From: Oceanicoccus sp. | Lineage (GTDB): Bacteria; Pseudomonadota; Gammaproteobacteria; Pseudomonadales; Dasaniaceae | Reading direction: 5' to 3' | NCBI RefSeq assembly: GCF_029238675.1 | Contig: NZ_JAQWFR010000029.1 | Span: 12,178 to 76,177 of the forward strand | DNA length: 64,000 nucleotides | Shown: positions 21,668 through 31,998 of the stretch, in pieces | Position numbering within the stretch: the first letter of the stretch is position 1 | Layout: each line of letters starts with the position of its first letter | Program-made: the position numbers and the translations under genes | Notes under the pieces: generated by a model | The model's database searches: none | The model's input: the letters and a program-made list of their open reading frames with translations, nothing else | What the model was told of the DNA's origin: nothing

Positions 21668-23146
21668 TCACAGCAAAATGACATCAAACTGTTCCTGGTT
21701 ATAAACCGTTTCTACTTGAAACTGAATACTCTTGCCAATAAATTCTTCCAGATCCGCCACACTGGCAGACTCTTCGTCCAGTAGACGATCAACCACTGAT
21801 TGAGAGGCCAGTACTAATAATTTGTCATTTTCATAGGCTCTGGCTTCACGCAGTATTTCACGAAAGACTTCATAACAAATAGTTTCAGCGGTTTTGACCG
21901 AACCCCTGGCATCACAGACCGGGCAATCTTCGCACATTACATGTTCAAGGCTTTCGCGGGTACGCTTGCGGGTCATTTCTACCAAACCCAATTCAGAAAC
22001 ACCGGTAATAATATTTTTGGCGTGATCATTTTCCATCGCTTTTTCCAGGGTGCGGTGAACCTGGCGACGGTGTTCAGCATCTTTCATATCAATAAAATCA
22101 ACAATAATTATGCCGCCAAGGTTACGTACTCGCAGCTGTCTGGCCAAGGAAGTTGCCGCTTCCAGGTTGGTTTTGAAAATGGTTTCTTCCAAATTTCGGT
22201 GTCCAACAAAACCACCGGTATTAACATCAATGGTGGTCATGGCTTCAGTTTGATCGATAATTAAATAGCCACCGGATTTCAAGGCAACTTTACGGCCCAA
22301 TGCTTTTTGTATTTCATCTTCAACGCTGTAGAGGTCAAAGATGGGGCGTTCTCCAGGGTAATATTCAATACGATTCTTTAGCTCGGGAATATAATCTTCG
22401 GCAAACTGCCGCATATTCTGGAAGCTTTCGTTAGAATCGATACGAATTTTTTCTATCTCGGGCTTTACCAAATCGCGCATAGTGCGCATATATAAGGGCA
22501 GATCCTCATAAATAATAGCCGGCGCCTGACGCTCTTTCATTTTGCGCTCGAGCGCAGCCCACAGGCGTTTAAAATATTTTATATCCGCTAGTAGCTCATC
22601 TTCACCGGCACCCTCGGCCGCAGTACGAACAATAAAGCCACCAGGATTTTCCATTTGCTCCGCCGCAATACATTTCTCCACCAGATCACGTAAACGGTTT
22701 CGCTCTTCTTCATCCTCCAGGCGCTGGGAAATACCAATATGCTGATGATGGGGCATATAAACCAGGTATCTGGAAGGGACGGACAAGTGCGTGGTTAAGC
22801 GCGCGCCCTTGGTACCGATGGGGTCCTTAACCACTTGCACAATAAGGCTCTGCCCCTCGCGGACCATGGTGCGAATATCCGGCTCTTCGCTACTGCGCTT
22901 TTCAACGCCGTTTTGGTCAAGCACCGCAATATCGGATACATGGATAAAGCTGGTTCGCTCCAATCCAATCTCGACAAAGGCGGCCTGCATACCGGGTAGT
23001 ACTCGCACCACTTTGCCTTTATAGATATTGCCGACAATACCTTTTGACGCACTGCGCTCGATATACACTTCTTGCAACATGCCGTTTTCAACCACCGCTA
23101 CCCGGGTTTCGGTGGGGGTGACATTGGCTAAAATTTCTTCACTCAT
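21668..23146 (-). CDS. rng: Ribonuclease G
   Basis: MSEEILANVTPTETRVA, GNIYKGKVVRVLPGMQAAFV, IDVNTG, RNLGGIIIVDFIDM. Start placed at ATG 23146. Confidence 0.97.
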   Translation of the reverse strand: MSEEILANVTPTETRVAVVENGMLQEVYIERSASKGIVGNIYKGKVVRVLPGMQAAFVEIGLERTSFIHVSDIAVLDQNGVEKRSSEEPDIRTMVREGQSLIVQVVKDPIGTKGARLTTHLSVPSRYLVYMPHHQHIGISQRLEDEEERNRLRDLVEKCIAAEQMENPGGFIVRTAAEGAGEDELLADIKYFKRLWAALERKMKERQAPAIIYEDLPLYMRTMRDLVKPEIEKIRIDSNESFQNMRQFAEDYIPELKNRIEYYPGERPIFDLYSVEDEIQKALGRKVALKSGGYLIIDQTEAMTTIDVNTGGFVGHRNLEETIFKTNLEAATSLARQLRVRNLGGIIIVDFIDMKDAEHRRQVHRTLEKAMENDHAKNIITGVSELGLVEMTRKRTRESLEHVMCEDCPVCDARGSVKTAETICYEVFREILREARAYENDKLLVLASQSVVDRLLDEESASVADLEEFIGKSIQFQVETVYNQEQFDVILL

Positions 23147-23762
23147 GGGCGTCCATCTGTTCAATGCTTTGCAGCAGTTGTTGAGTTTCCAGCAGGGGCA
23201 AACCCACTACTGCCGAATAGCTGCCGTTAATCTTTTCTACAAATACAGCACCAAGCCCCTGTATAGCATAGGCACCAGCCTTGCCCAGAGGTTCACCACT
23301 GAGCCAGTATTGCTCTAGCTCCGCCGCTGTGATCTCGCGGAAACTGACCTCGGTAATACTGAGGGCAAGCTCCTGATGCTGTTGATAGCATAGACAGATT
23401 GCGCTCATCACCCGATGGGTTTTGCCCGACAATTGCCCCAGCATGGCCAAGGCGTGATCGCGGTCACGGGGCTTGCCCATAATCTGGTCGGCAATTATCA
23501 CGGCAGTATCTGCACCTAGCACCGGCAAAGGTTTTAAACCTTGTTGTTTGACTACCGCCAAGCCTGCCTGAGCTTTGGCAATGGCTACCCGCTGTACATA
23601 CGCTGCGGGAAGCTCGCCCGCTAAAACCGTTTCATCGGTTTCCACTGAGAGTTTCTCAAACGTTACGCCAATCTGTTCTAACAGCTCTGCTCTGCGTGGA
23701 GACTGTGACGCCAGATATAAACGAGCAGAACGCTTCGCTTCAGGTGACGGTTTAAGTGACAT
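23139..23762 (-). CDS. maf: Maf/YhdE nucleoside triphosphate pyrophosphatase
   Basis: LYLASQSPRRAELL, VLGADT, MGKP, KAGAYAIQG, YSAVVGLPL. Start placed at ATG 23762. Confidence 0.95.
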   Translation of the reverse strand: MSLKPSPEAKRSARLYLASQSPRRAELLEQIGVTFEKLSVETDETVLAGELPAAYVQRVAIAKAQAGLAVVKQQGLKPLPVLGADTAVIIADQIMGKPRDRDHALAMLGQLSGKTHRVMSAICLCYQQHQELALSITEVSFREITAAELEQYWLSGEPLGKAGAYAIQGLGAVFVEKINGSYSAVVGLPLLETQQLLQSIEQMDAHE

Positions 23763-24234
23763 AGTAGGCTCGACGTAACACCCGTAAAAACACCGACAAT
23801 AAGGGCCACAACAGCGCACTCACTAAAGCGGGTAATAAAAAGAGAAGATTAGGAGAAACTGTACCCGTTAGGGTTTCAACCCAATGACATAGCAACTGGT
23901 TAAGGCCGATCAAGACAAAAATAACCCCTGCCTGCTGGATTGGGGGATACATCCGTAACCGCTGATAGAGAATCAGGGACACGTAGGCCAGCACCGCCAG
24001 GGCAAAAGCATGCTGCCCAAGGGGGCTGCCCTGCATAATATCCTGTAGCAGGCCAACGACCCAGGCTATGCCAATACCCACTCGTTCCGGCAAAGCAATC
24101 ACCCAATAAACCAATACCATAGCGACTAATTCAGGGCGGCCCCATTGCGCCCATACCGGCAACGGCACAATAGCCAACCAAAGAGCCATTAGCAGGGTTA
24201 GCGCGATAACCCAGTGACCATTACTCGGGCTCAA
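23752..24234 (-). CDS. mreD: Rod shape protein MreD
   Basis: RPELVAMVLVYWVIALPERVGIG, GLLQDIMQGSPLGQHA. Start placed at TTG 24234, overlapping the mreC stop. Confidence 0.92.
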   Translation of the reverse strand: MSPSNGHWVIALTLLMALWLAIVPLPVWAQWGRPELVAMVLVYWVIALPERVGIGIAWVVGLLQDIMQGSPLGQHAFALAVLAYVSLILYQRLRMYPPIQQAGVIFVLIGLNQLLCHWVETLTGTVSPNLLFLLPALVSALLWPLLSVFLRVLRRAYYVT

Positions 24235-25072
24235 CGGCTGCACTCCCTTCACGCCGGTTACTAAACACCAGCAAGACATGCCGGCTTCTGTTCAGGGCAG
24301 CACTGGGTTTGGCTTTAACAATGGCAAAGGCCTGGCCGGGGTCAATGGTGACTTCGGTCACTACGGCCACCGGGTAACCCACCGGAAAACGCTGGCCAAG
24401 GCCGGAACTCACTAGTAAATCACCCACTTTAATATCCGTGGTTGCCGCCACATGTTGCAAAATAAGCTCATGGAACAGCCCAACTCCCTCAGCCACACTT
24501 CTAACACCATTGCGATTTATCTGGACTGGCAGGGCGTGGGAGGCATCGGTAATAAGCAATACCCGGCTTTGCAAAGGGCCAACCTCAATAATTTGCCCCA
24601 TCAAGCCCAGGGCATCGGTTACCGGCTGGCCCACATATAAACCATCTTTTTTACCCTTGTTAACAATAATCTGGTGGTGTAAAGGGTCCGGCGACACACC
24701 TACCATTTCCGCTACCAACACACTGTCATCGAGAATAGCGGAGGAATTAAGCAGCTCTCGCAGCCGAACATTCTCAGCTTCCAGTGAGGCTAACTTTTGC
24801 ACTTGGGCTTTGAGTAGCAAGGATTCAGCGGTAAACCGTTCATTGTCGGCAATCAGGGTTTTGCGACTGCGGATATTTTCATCGCTCCACTCGGAAATTT
24901 TGCTGGGGATATCCCCAACCCAATAGAACGGCGTGGCGACAATAGAGAGATTGGCTTGCAGGTCTTTAACCCAGCCAAAACGCTGGCCGGCAAAGATAAG
25001 CACAAGGGCAATAGTGCTCAGTATTAAAAACCGAGCACCAATAGAAGGGCCTTTTACAAATAACGGTTTGAT
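24221..25072 (-). CDS. mreC: Rod shape protein MreC; probable non-canonical ATC start at 25072
   Basis: LEAENVRLRELL, GQPVTDALGLMGQI, VLLITDASHALPVQ, SSGLGQRFPVGYPV. The N-terminus IKPLFVKGPS lies upstream of the first GTG (25003), with no in-frame ATG/GTG/TTG before the stop at 25115-25117. Confidence 0.9.
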   Translation of the reverse strand: MKPLFVKGPSIGARFLILSTIALVLIFAGQRFGWVKDLQANLSIVATPFYWVGDIPSKISEWSDENIRSRKTLIADNERFTAESLLLKAQVQKLASLEAENVRLRELLNSSAILDDSVLVAEMVGVSPDPLHHQIIVNKGKKDGLYVGQPVTDALGLMGQIIEVGPLQSRVLLITDASHALPVQINRNGVRSVAEGVGLFHELILQHVAATTDIKVGDLLVSSGLGQRFPVGYPVAVVTEVTIDPGQAFAIVKAKPSAALNRSRHVLLVFSNRREGSAAVEPE

Positions 25073-25135
25073 GAGCCTAACCCATATTGTTTTGCTGTCA
25101 GGGTGAATGCAGTATCAAAGCCCCATAACACACCT

Positions 25136-25161
25136 GTCATTCCCGCGTAGGCGGGAATGTC
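25136..25161. repeat. CGTC-type palindrome monomer between mreB and mreC
   Basis: GTCATTCCCGC-GTAG-GCGGGAATGTC. Confidence 0.85.
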
Positions 25162-25225
25162 GGGCATTAAGAGAACAGATACTTTACTCTATATTCCGTC
25201 AGATTTACCGGTTGAGCTGTTATCG

Positions 25226-26272
<1,047 letters not shown>

Positions 26273-26433
26273 TCACCTTAAAGGTTTTGGCACAGGTCTT
26301 AAAGGCAGCTACGGGAATAGATCCCGCTTGATGGCGCCATATGTCTTTGCTTTGGCTTCTTTGTTCTAACTTGTTTGTTTTGAAGAAAGTTTAGCCTATT
26401 TTTGACGCCATACTGCTATATCAAAGCCTGCCC

Positions 26434-26449
26434 TGCAATAAATTTGCCA
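26434..26449 (-). promoter_or_regulatory. Sigma54-type -24/-12 box upstream of mreB
   Basis: Minus strand TGGCAA-ATTTA-TTGCA, one mismatch to TGGCAC-N5-TTGCW. Confidence 0.55.
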
Positions 26450-26477
26450 CTCTAACAACGGCAGGCATTTAGAGCAA
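26449..26477 (-). promoter_or_regulatory. Candidate sigma70 promoter for mreBCD
   Basis: Minus strand TTGCTC-17 bp-TAGAGT with TG one base upstream of the -10 (extended -10). Confidence 0.5.
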
Positions 26478-26542
26478 GGCGGAAATGTGATAAGTTTAGG
26501 GTTTATAACGACTTATCCGCCGCGCCAATTGAGTAAACAGCA

Positions 26543-26830
26543 ATGTCCGTAGAACAATCCGATATTGAAAAGATCGCTATCCTGTCCCGTATCCGGGTGG
26601 CAGAAAATGATATTCCCGAAGTGGCCGACCGGATTAACGATATCCTGGCCATGGTCGACAACATGCAGGCAGTGGATACCGCCGATGTTGAGCCTATGGC
26701 CAACCCCTTAGATGCGGTGCAACGCCTGCGTGATGATATGGTCACCGAGACCAACCAGCGCGACAGCTTTCAAGCCATTGCCCCGGACGCCGATGAAGGC
26801 CTATACCTTGTCCCCAAGGTTATTGAATAA
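26543..26830 (+). CDS. gatC: Asp/Glu-tRNA amidotransferase subunit C
   Basis: IEKIAILSRI, VEPMANPL, QRLRDDMVTE, LYLVPKVIE. Confidence 0.97.
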   Translation: MSVEQSDIEKIAILSRIRVAENDIPEVADRINDILAMVDNMQAVDTADVEPMANPLDAVQRLRDDMVTETNQRDSFQAIAPDADEGLYLVPKVIE

Positions 26831-26896
26831 CGCCCATCGCAATATTTCCAAAATCCCGAACCCTTGAGATTTGACCCGTAACACACAGGATTTTCC

Positions 26897-28357
26897 ATGC
26901 ATAACAAAACACTGGCTGAGCTGAGTGAAGGCTTATCCAATAAAACGTTTTCCAGTGAAGAGCTTACCCAGCACTTTTTAGGGCGTATCAAAACACTGGA
27001 TGCAGATTACAATAGTTTTATCACCGTGACCGAAGAACAGGCCTTGAGTCAGGCCAAAGCCGCCGATGCAAAAATCGCCAGCGGCGATGCCTCAGCATTA
27101 ACGGGCATCCCTTTAGCTCATAAAGATATTTTCTGTACTGAAGGAGTAAAGACCAGTTGTGGTTCAAAAATGCTGGATAATTTTATTCCGCCTTACAACG
27201 CCACCGTGATCGAAAAATTTAATCAGGCCGGTGCCGTTTCCCTGGGCAAAACCAATATGGATGAGTTCGCTATGGGCTCCTCTAATGAATCCAGCTTTTA
27301 TGGCGCGGTTAAAAATCCCTGGAATACTGACTGCGTACCCGGCGGCTCATCCGGCGGCAGTGCCGCTGCGGTTGCTGCGCAATTAGCGCCAGCCAGTACT
27401 GGTACCGATACCGGCGGCTCGATTCGCCAACCCGCTGCTTTATGCGGTATTACAGGGCTAAAACCCACCTATGGCCGTGTTTCCCGCTACGGCATGATTG
27501 CCTTTGCCTCCAGCCTTGACCAGGGTGGCCCAATGACACGCAGCGCTGAAGATGCCGCACTGATGCTTAATGTGATGGCGGGCTTCGATGCCAAAGACTC
27601 AACCAGTATGGATAAAGCAGTCCCCGACTACACCGCCACACTAAACGATAACTTATCAGGCTTAACCATTGGTTTACCGAAAGAATATTTTGGTGAAGGT
27701 TTAACACCCGCTATCGAGCAAGCGGTACAAGCCGCCATTAAAGAATACGAAAAGATGGGCGCGTCGGTAAAAGAAATTTCTTTACCGAATACCCACCTGG
27801 CTGTGCCCTGCTATTACGTGATCGCCCCTTCAGAAGCCTCGGCCAATTTATCGCGCTTTGATGGTGTGCGTTATGGTTACCGCTGCGAAAACCCGGAAGA
27901 TTTACAAGACCTCTACACCCGCACCCGTGAAGAAGGTTTTGGCGAAGAAGTTAAGCGCCGTATTTTGGTAGGCACTTATGCCCTGTCTGCCGGTTTTTAC
28001 GATGCTTACTACCGCAAGGCGCAACAAATCCGCCGTTTAATTAAAAACGATTTTGTAAAAGCCTTTAACAGCGTTGATGTGATTATGGGCCCAACCGTGC
28101 CCAACACAGCCTTTGCGTTAGGTGAAAAGTCTAACGATCCTGTTGCTATGTATTTAGAAGATATCTACACCATCTCCACCAATCTGGCAGGACTGCCCGG
28201 TATGTCCATCCCCGCTGGTTTAGTAGATGGTAAACCCGCAGGCTTACAGCTAACCGGCAATTATTTTGCCGAGGCCAAGCTACTTAACGCCGCCCATCAA
28301 TTTCAACAAGCGACCGACTGGCACCAGCAAATGCCGGCGATCAAGGCGGAGGGCTAA
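26897..28357 (+). CDS. gatA: Asp/Glu-tRNA amidotransferase subunit A
   Basis: [45 protein letters not shown] amidase signature. Confidence 0.99.
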   Translation: MHNKTLAELSEGLSNKTFSSEELTQHFLGRIKTLDADYNSFITVTEEQALSQAKAADAKIASGDASALTGIPLAHKDIFCTEGVKTSCGSKMLDNFIPPYNATVIEKFNQAGAVSLGKTNMDEFAMGSSNESSFYGAVKNPWNTDCVPGGSSGGSAAAVAAQLAPASTGTDTGGSIRQPAALCGITGLKPTYGRVSRYGMIAFASSLDQGGPMTRSAEDAALMLNVMAGFDAKDSTSMDKAVPDYTATLNDNLSGLTIGLPKEYFGEGLTPAIEQAVQAAIKEYEKMGASVKEISLPNTHLAVPCYYVIAPSEASANLSRFDGVRYGYRCENPEDLQDLYTRTREEGFGEEVKRRILVGTYALSAGFYDAYYRKAQQIRRLIKNDFVKAFNSVDVIMGPTVPNTAFALGEKSNDPVAMYLEDIYTISTNLAGLPGMSIPAGLVDGKPAGLQLTGNYFAEAKLLNAAHQFQQATDWHQQMPAIKAEG

Positions 28358-28360
28358 GTT

Positions 28361-29806
28361 ATGGAATGGGAAACCGTCATAGGGCTTGAAGTCCACGTAC
28401 AATTGGCCACAGCCTCCAAAATATTTTCAGGCTCCAGCACCGCCTTTGGTTCTGAACCCAACACCCAGGCTAATGCGGTTGATTTAGCCATGCCAGGCAC
28501 ATTGCCCGTGTTAAATGAAGGTGCTCTGCGCAATGCTATTATGTTTGGTTTAGGCATTGGTGCCGAGATCAATAAGCGTTCGGTATTCGATCGGAAAAAT
28601 TATTTCTATCCAGATTCGCCTAAGGGCTACCAAACCACGCAAATGGATTATCCTATTGTTGGTGCTGGCTCAATTGAAATTCAACTGCAAAATGGTGAAA
28701 GCAAAAAAATTCGCATTCACCATGCTCACCTTGAAGAAGATGCGGGCAAATCAGTGCACGAAGGTTTGCAGAACAATTCAGGAATCGATTTAAACCGAGC
28801 GGGTACACCGCTGATCGAAATCGTTTCCGAGCCAGATATGCGCAGTTCAGAAGAAGCCGTTGAATTCGCTAGAAAACTCCATGGTATTGTAACCTCCCTG
28901 GGTATATCCGATGGCGATATGTCGCAGGGCTCTATGCGCTTTGATGTAAATATTTCTGTGCGCTTAAAAGGCGAAGAGGAATTGGGTACTCGGACGGAAA
29001 CCAAAAACCTGAACTCTTTTAAGTTTATGGAAGAGGCCATTGCACTAGAGGTAGAACGTCAAATCGATATTCTGGAAGACGGCGGCAGCATTACCCAGGA
29101 AACCCGCCTCTACAATAGCGAAAACAAAACCGCCAAAGCGATGCGCAGTAAAGAAGAAGCCAATGACTATCGCTACTTCCCCTGCCCTGATCTACTACCG
29201 GTTGAAATTGATGATGATTATATTCAAGCACTGAAAGATACATTGCCTGAACTACCGGATGCTCGCCAGGCACGCTTCGTTGAAAGCTATAATCTGTCCA
29301 GCTATGACGCCGGCATTTTAAGTGGCGATGCCACTATGGCCAGCTTTTTTGAAGAAACAGCCGCTGCCTGTGACGACGCCAAATTAGCCGCCAACTGGTT
29401 GATGGGTGATGTTTCAGCAAAACTTAATAACGATGAACTGACTATTAAGCAATGCCCTATAGCTGCAGCTCAATTAGGGCAGTTAATTGCACGCATTAAA
29501 GACAACACCATCTCCGGTAAAATCGCCAAGCAGGTTTTTGAAGCTATGTGGGCCGGTGAAGGTGATGCTGATACGGTAATCGAAGCCAAGGGCTTAAAGC
29601 AGGTTTCCGATACCGGAGCACTGGAAGCTATGGTTGACGAGGTGATTGCCAATAACCCAGAGCAGGTGGAAAACTTCCGCAATGCCGATGAGGGCAAACG
29701 CAAAAAAATGACCGGCTTTTTTGTTGGGCAAATTATGAAAGCCTCTAAAGGCCAGGCCAACCCGGGCATGGTTAACAAAATTCTTATGGCCAAGTTAAAC
29801 GGCTGA
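28361..29806 (+). CDS. gatB: Asp/Glu-tRNA amidotransferase subunit B
   Basis: [53 protein letters not shown]. Confidence 0.99.
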   Translation: MEWETVIGLEVHVQLATASKIFSGSSTAFGSEPNTQANAVDLAMPGTLPVLNEGALRNAIMFGLGIGAEINKRSVFDRKNYFYPDSPKGYQTTQMDYPIVGAGSIEIQLQNGESKKIRIHHAHLEEDAGKSVHEGLQNNSGIDLNRAGTPLIEIVSEPDMRSSEEAVEFARKLHGIVTSLGISDGDMSQGSMRFDVNISVRLKGEEELGTRTETKNLNSFKFMEEAIALEVERQIDILEDGGSITQETRLYNSENKTAKAMRSKEEANDYRYFPCPDLLPVEIDDDYIQALKDTLPELPDARQARFVESYNLSSYDAGILSGDATMASFFEETAAACDDAKLAANWLMGDVSAKLNNDELTIKQCPIAAAQLGQLIARIKDNTISGKIAKQVFEAMWAGEGDADTVIEAKGLKQVSDTGALEAMVDEVIANNPEQVENFRNADEGKRKKMTGFFVGQIMKASKGQANPGMVNKILMAKLNG

Positions 29807-29836
29807 CAACACAATTTTCAAAACAGGTAGAGATTT

Positions 29837-30133
29837 ATGTCACTGAAGAAAGATAAAGAAAAGGTTCTGGATGAAGTTTGGACAGAAGAGCGCGTTAAAG
29901 ATTTTCTGGACGTTAAACCCGCCGAAGATATTGAAGCGGACTTTCATGTTTTATTAAAAGCGTATCAATCTATGCGCCTGGAAAACTTTGCAGAGTTTGT
30001 TGGCTTTTTTACTGCGCAGGATCGCAATATCAACGCCACCAATCCTAAAGGCGAAACGGTACTGTCGATTGTTAAACAGCATCGCGCCTCTGCAGACTAT
30101 GCCGAAGTACTTAGCGCCAACGGCGCTGCGTAA
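29837..30133 (+). CDS. Conserved small protein resembling the PA4642 family
   Basis: KKDKEKVLDE, DFHVLLKAYQSMR, RNINATNPKGET; family recalled from motifs, not searched. Confidence 0.75.
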   Translation: MSLKKDKEKVLDEVWTEERVKDFLDVKPAEDIEADFHVLLKAYQSMRLENFAEFVGFFTAQDRNINATNPKGETVLSIVKQHRASADYAEVLSANGAA

Positions 30134-30138
30134 ATAAC

Positions 30139-30191
30139 GGTGGATTGCAATCCACCCTACGACAGCATTGTAGGGTGGATTATAATCCACC
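30139..30191. repeat. GTAG-type REP doublet (REPIN-like)
   Basis: Two inverted copies, GTAGGGTGGATTGCAATCCACC (minus) and GTAGGGTGGATTATAATCCACC (plus), separated by 9 bp; each is itself a hairpin. Confidence 0.88.
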
Positions 30192-30201
30192 AACCCAAAC
30201 T

Positions 30202-30801
30202 TCAACCAGCAATGGTTCTACCTCGGCTTAAACGATCTCTATTCTCCTGCTTTTTCCTCTCGCTCTTTCCTAGTAATACATAGGCCGCCCCCAAACCACC
30301 ATGCTGGGGTCGGGCACTACAAAAGGCCTGCACTTCATCCATATCGGGCAACCATTTATTAACATAGCTTTTTAACAGCGCTTCGTCCTTTTTACTATGA
30401 CTGCCCTTGCCATGCACAATAATCAGGGAGCGCAAATCATAGGCCGCCCCTTCTTTAATAAAGTTATAAACCTCAGTACGGGCCTTTTCCACCGTCATAC
30501 GATGTAAGTCCAGCCGGCCTTCCTGTGGATATTTGCCTTGTTTTAATTTTTTAAATACGCCGTTCTGCACACCGGGGCGTTTAAACTCAAGAGGGTAATA
30601 AGGATCTAACAGATCAACAAAGTCGCTGGCGAGGTGATTTTCATCTTTGCCTGATTCCTGGGTGGCCGCCTTGCGCCGCGCTTCCTTTGCCAACTCTGAA
30701 TCACCACTGCGCTTTAGGGAGACTTTTTTCTCCACCTTGATAGGCTTAACATCACCCATTTCCTGAAGAAAAAGATCATCGTCTTTTTGATCATCTGACA
30801 T
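30202..30801 (-). CDS. smrA: Smr-domain endonuclease SmrA
   Basis: FKRPGVQNGVFKKLKQGKY, RLDLHRMTV, IVHGKG, VQAFCSARPQHGGLGAAYVLL. Confidence 0.92.
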   Translation of the reverse strand: MSDDQKDDDLFLQEMGDVKPIKVEKKVSLKRSGDSELAKEARRKAATQESGKDENHLASDFVDLLDPYYPLEFKRPGVQNGVFKKLKQGKYPQEGRLDLHRMTVEKARTEVYNFIKEGAAYDLRSLIIVHGKGSHSKKDEALLKSYVNKWLPDMDEVQAFCSARPQHGGLGAAYVLLGKSERKKQENRDRLSRGRTIAG

Positions 30802-30871
30802 TTTTTTGATACCGGGAATAGTAAGAACACAACCTTACTGGGACAGTGGCGCTAGGTCAATGTGGTGTTAT

Positions 30872-31111
30872 TTACAGAGTGGAACCTTTAGCATCACAGC
30901 GGCGTTCGCCTTTCTCAGAAGTATTCAGATCAATTACAAACCAAAGGTAGCAACGTGAAAAAATACCATTGAGCATTAGCAGCACGGATATAACAACAAC
31001 AAACCATTCGATACCATTCATTTCAGGCTGGCTTATAGCCCAGGATGAAAACAAAACACCCATTAGTAAACGGATAATACGCTCAACGTTTCCCAAATTA
31101 CGTTCAATCAT
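30872..31111 (-). CDS. DUF2892/YgaP-like small membrane protein
   Basis: NLGNVERIIRLLMG, two TM helices, GIFSRCYLW. Confidence 0.75.
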   Translation of the reverse strand: MIERNLGNVERIIRLLMGVLFSSWAISQPEMNGIEWFVVVISVLLMLNGIFSRCYLWFVIDLNTSEKGERRCDAKGSTL

Positions 31112-31305
31112 TGGTTAAGCCTCTGGCAGCTCCTGGCATTAGTTTTTTGATTAATGTGTTTGCTAGTAATTACGCGAAGGGATATTAAATAGATCACTCA
31201 GGGGGGGTAATAGGGGGTAGCCGAGAAGGAAGAGGACAAACCAAACTTGCACCCATCCCACAACCAGTGAATAATCCCCGTAAACAGTATCACTGAGACG
31301 CCACC

Positions 31306-31929
31306 ATGCCCGAGCTACTAAATATTGAAGCCCTAAAAAACACCGAAGTACACTCACGACCCTACCCCTATTTCATGCTTGAGCAGTCTCTAAACAGCGA
31401 TAAAGTTGCGCAAGTGATGCAGGACTTCCCGGAAATTACCGGTGGCGGCAGCTATACAATGGAAGACCTGGAGTCAGGCCCAAGCTTTGAAGCCCTGATT
31501 GAAGAGCTCAACGGCCCTGAATTTCGTCAGCAAATCACCGATAAACTGGGGCTGGACCTCAACACACTGCCTATGATTGTTACCCTGAGAGGTATTTCCA
31601 GGGCAAAGGATGGTCGAGTCCATACCGATTCCGTGTCCAAAATCGCCACTATCCTGATCTACTTTAACGACGATTGGACCGCAGAGACTGGCAAGCTAAG
31701 AGTCTTAAACAGCCATGATATGGACGATATGCATGCTGAAGTGGTGCCCAATGCCGGCACCCTGTTCGCCTTTCGAGTCACTGAAAACTGCTGGCATGGC
31801 TACCCTCCTTTTGAAGGCAGCCGTCGCTCCATCCAAATTAACTTTGTGGCGGATGAGGCCGCGGTTAAAAAGCACCATAATCGCCATGGCTTTACCGCCA
31901 AACTCAAGAAGCTATTTAGTCAGGGCTAA
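31306..31929 (+). CDS. 2-oxoglutarate/Fe(II)-dependent oxygenase
   Basis: HxD...H triad (VHTDS ... WHGY), ILIYFN, GTLFAFR, RRSIQINF. Confidence 0.85.
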   Translation: MPELLNIEALKNTEVHSRPYPYFMLEQSLNSDKVAQVMQDFPEITGGGSYTMEDLESGPSFEALIEELNGPEFRQQITDKLGLDLNTLPMIVTLRGISRAKDGRVHTDSVSKIATILIYFNDDWTAETGKLRVLNSHDMDDMHAEVVPNAGTLFAFRVTENCWHGYPPFEGSRRSIQINFVADEAAVKKHHNRHGFTAKLKKLFSQG

Positions 31930-31955
31930 GATCAGGTTATACTTAACGCATCTAC

Positions 31956-31979
31956 AGGGGACTTTCAGTCCCCTTTTTT
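31956..31979 (+). terminator. Rho-independent terminator
   Basis: AGGGGACT-TTC-AGTCCCCT followed by a T run. Confidence 0.8.
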
Positions 31980-31998
31980 ATAACGGTATAAACGGGCA

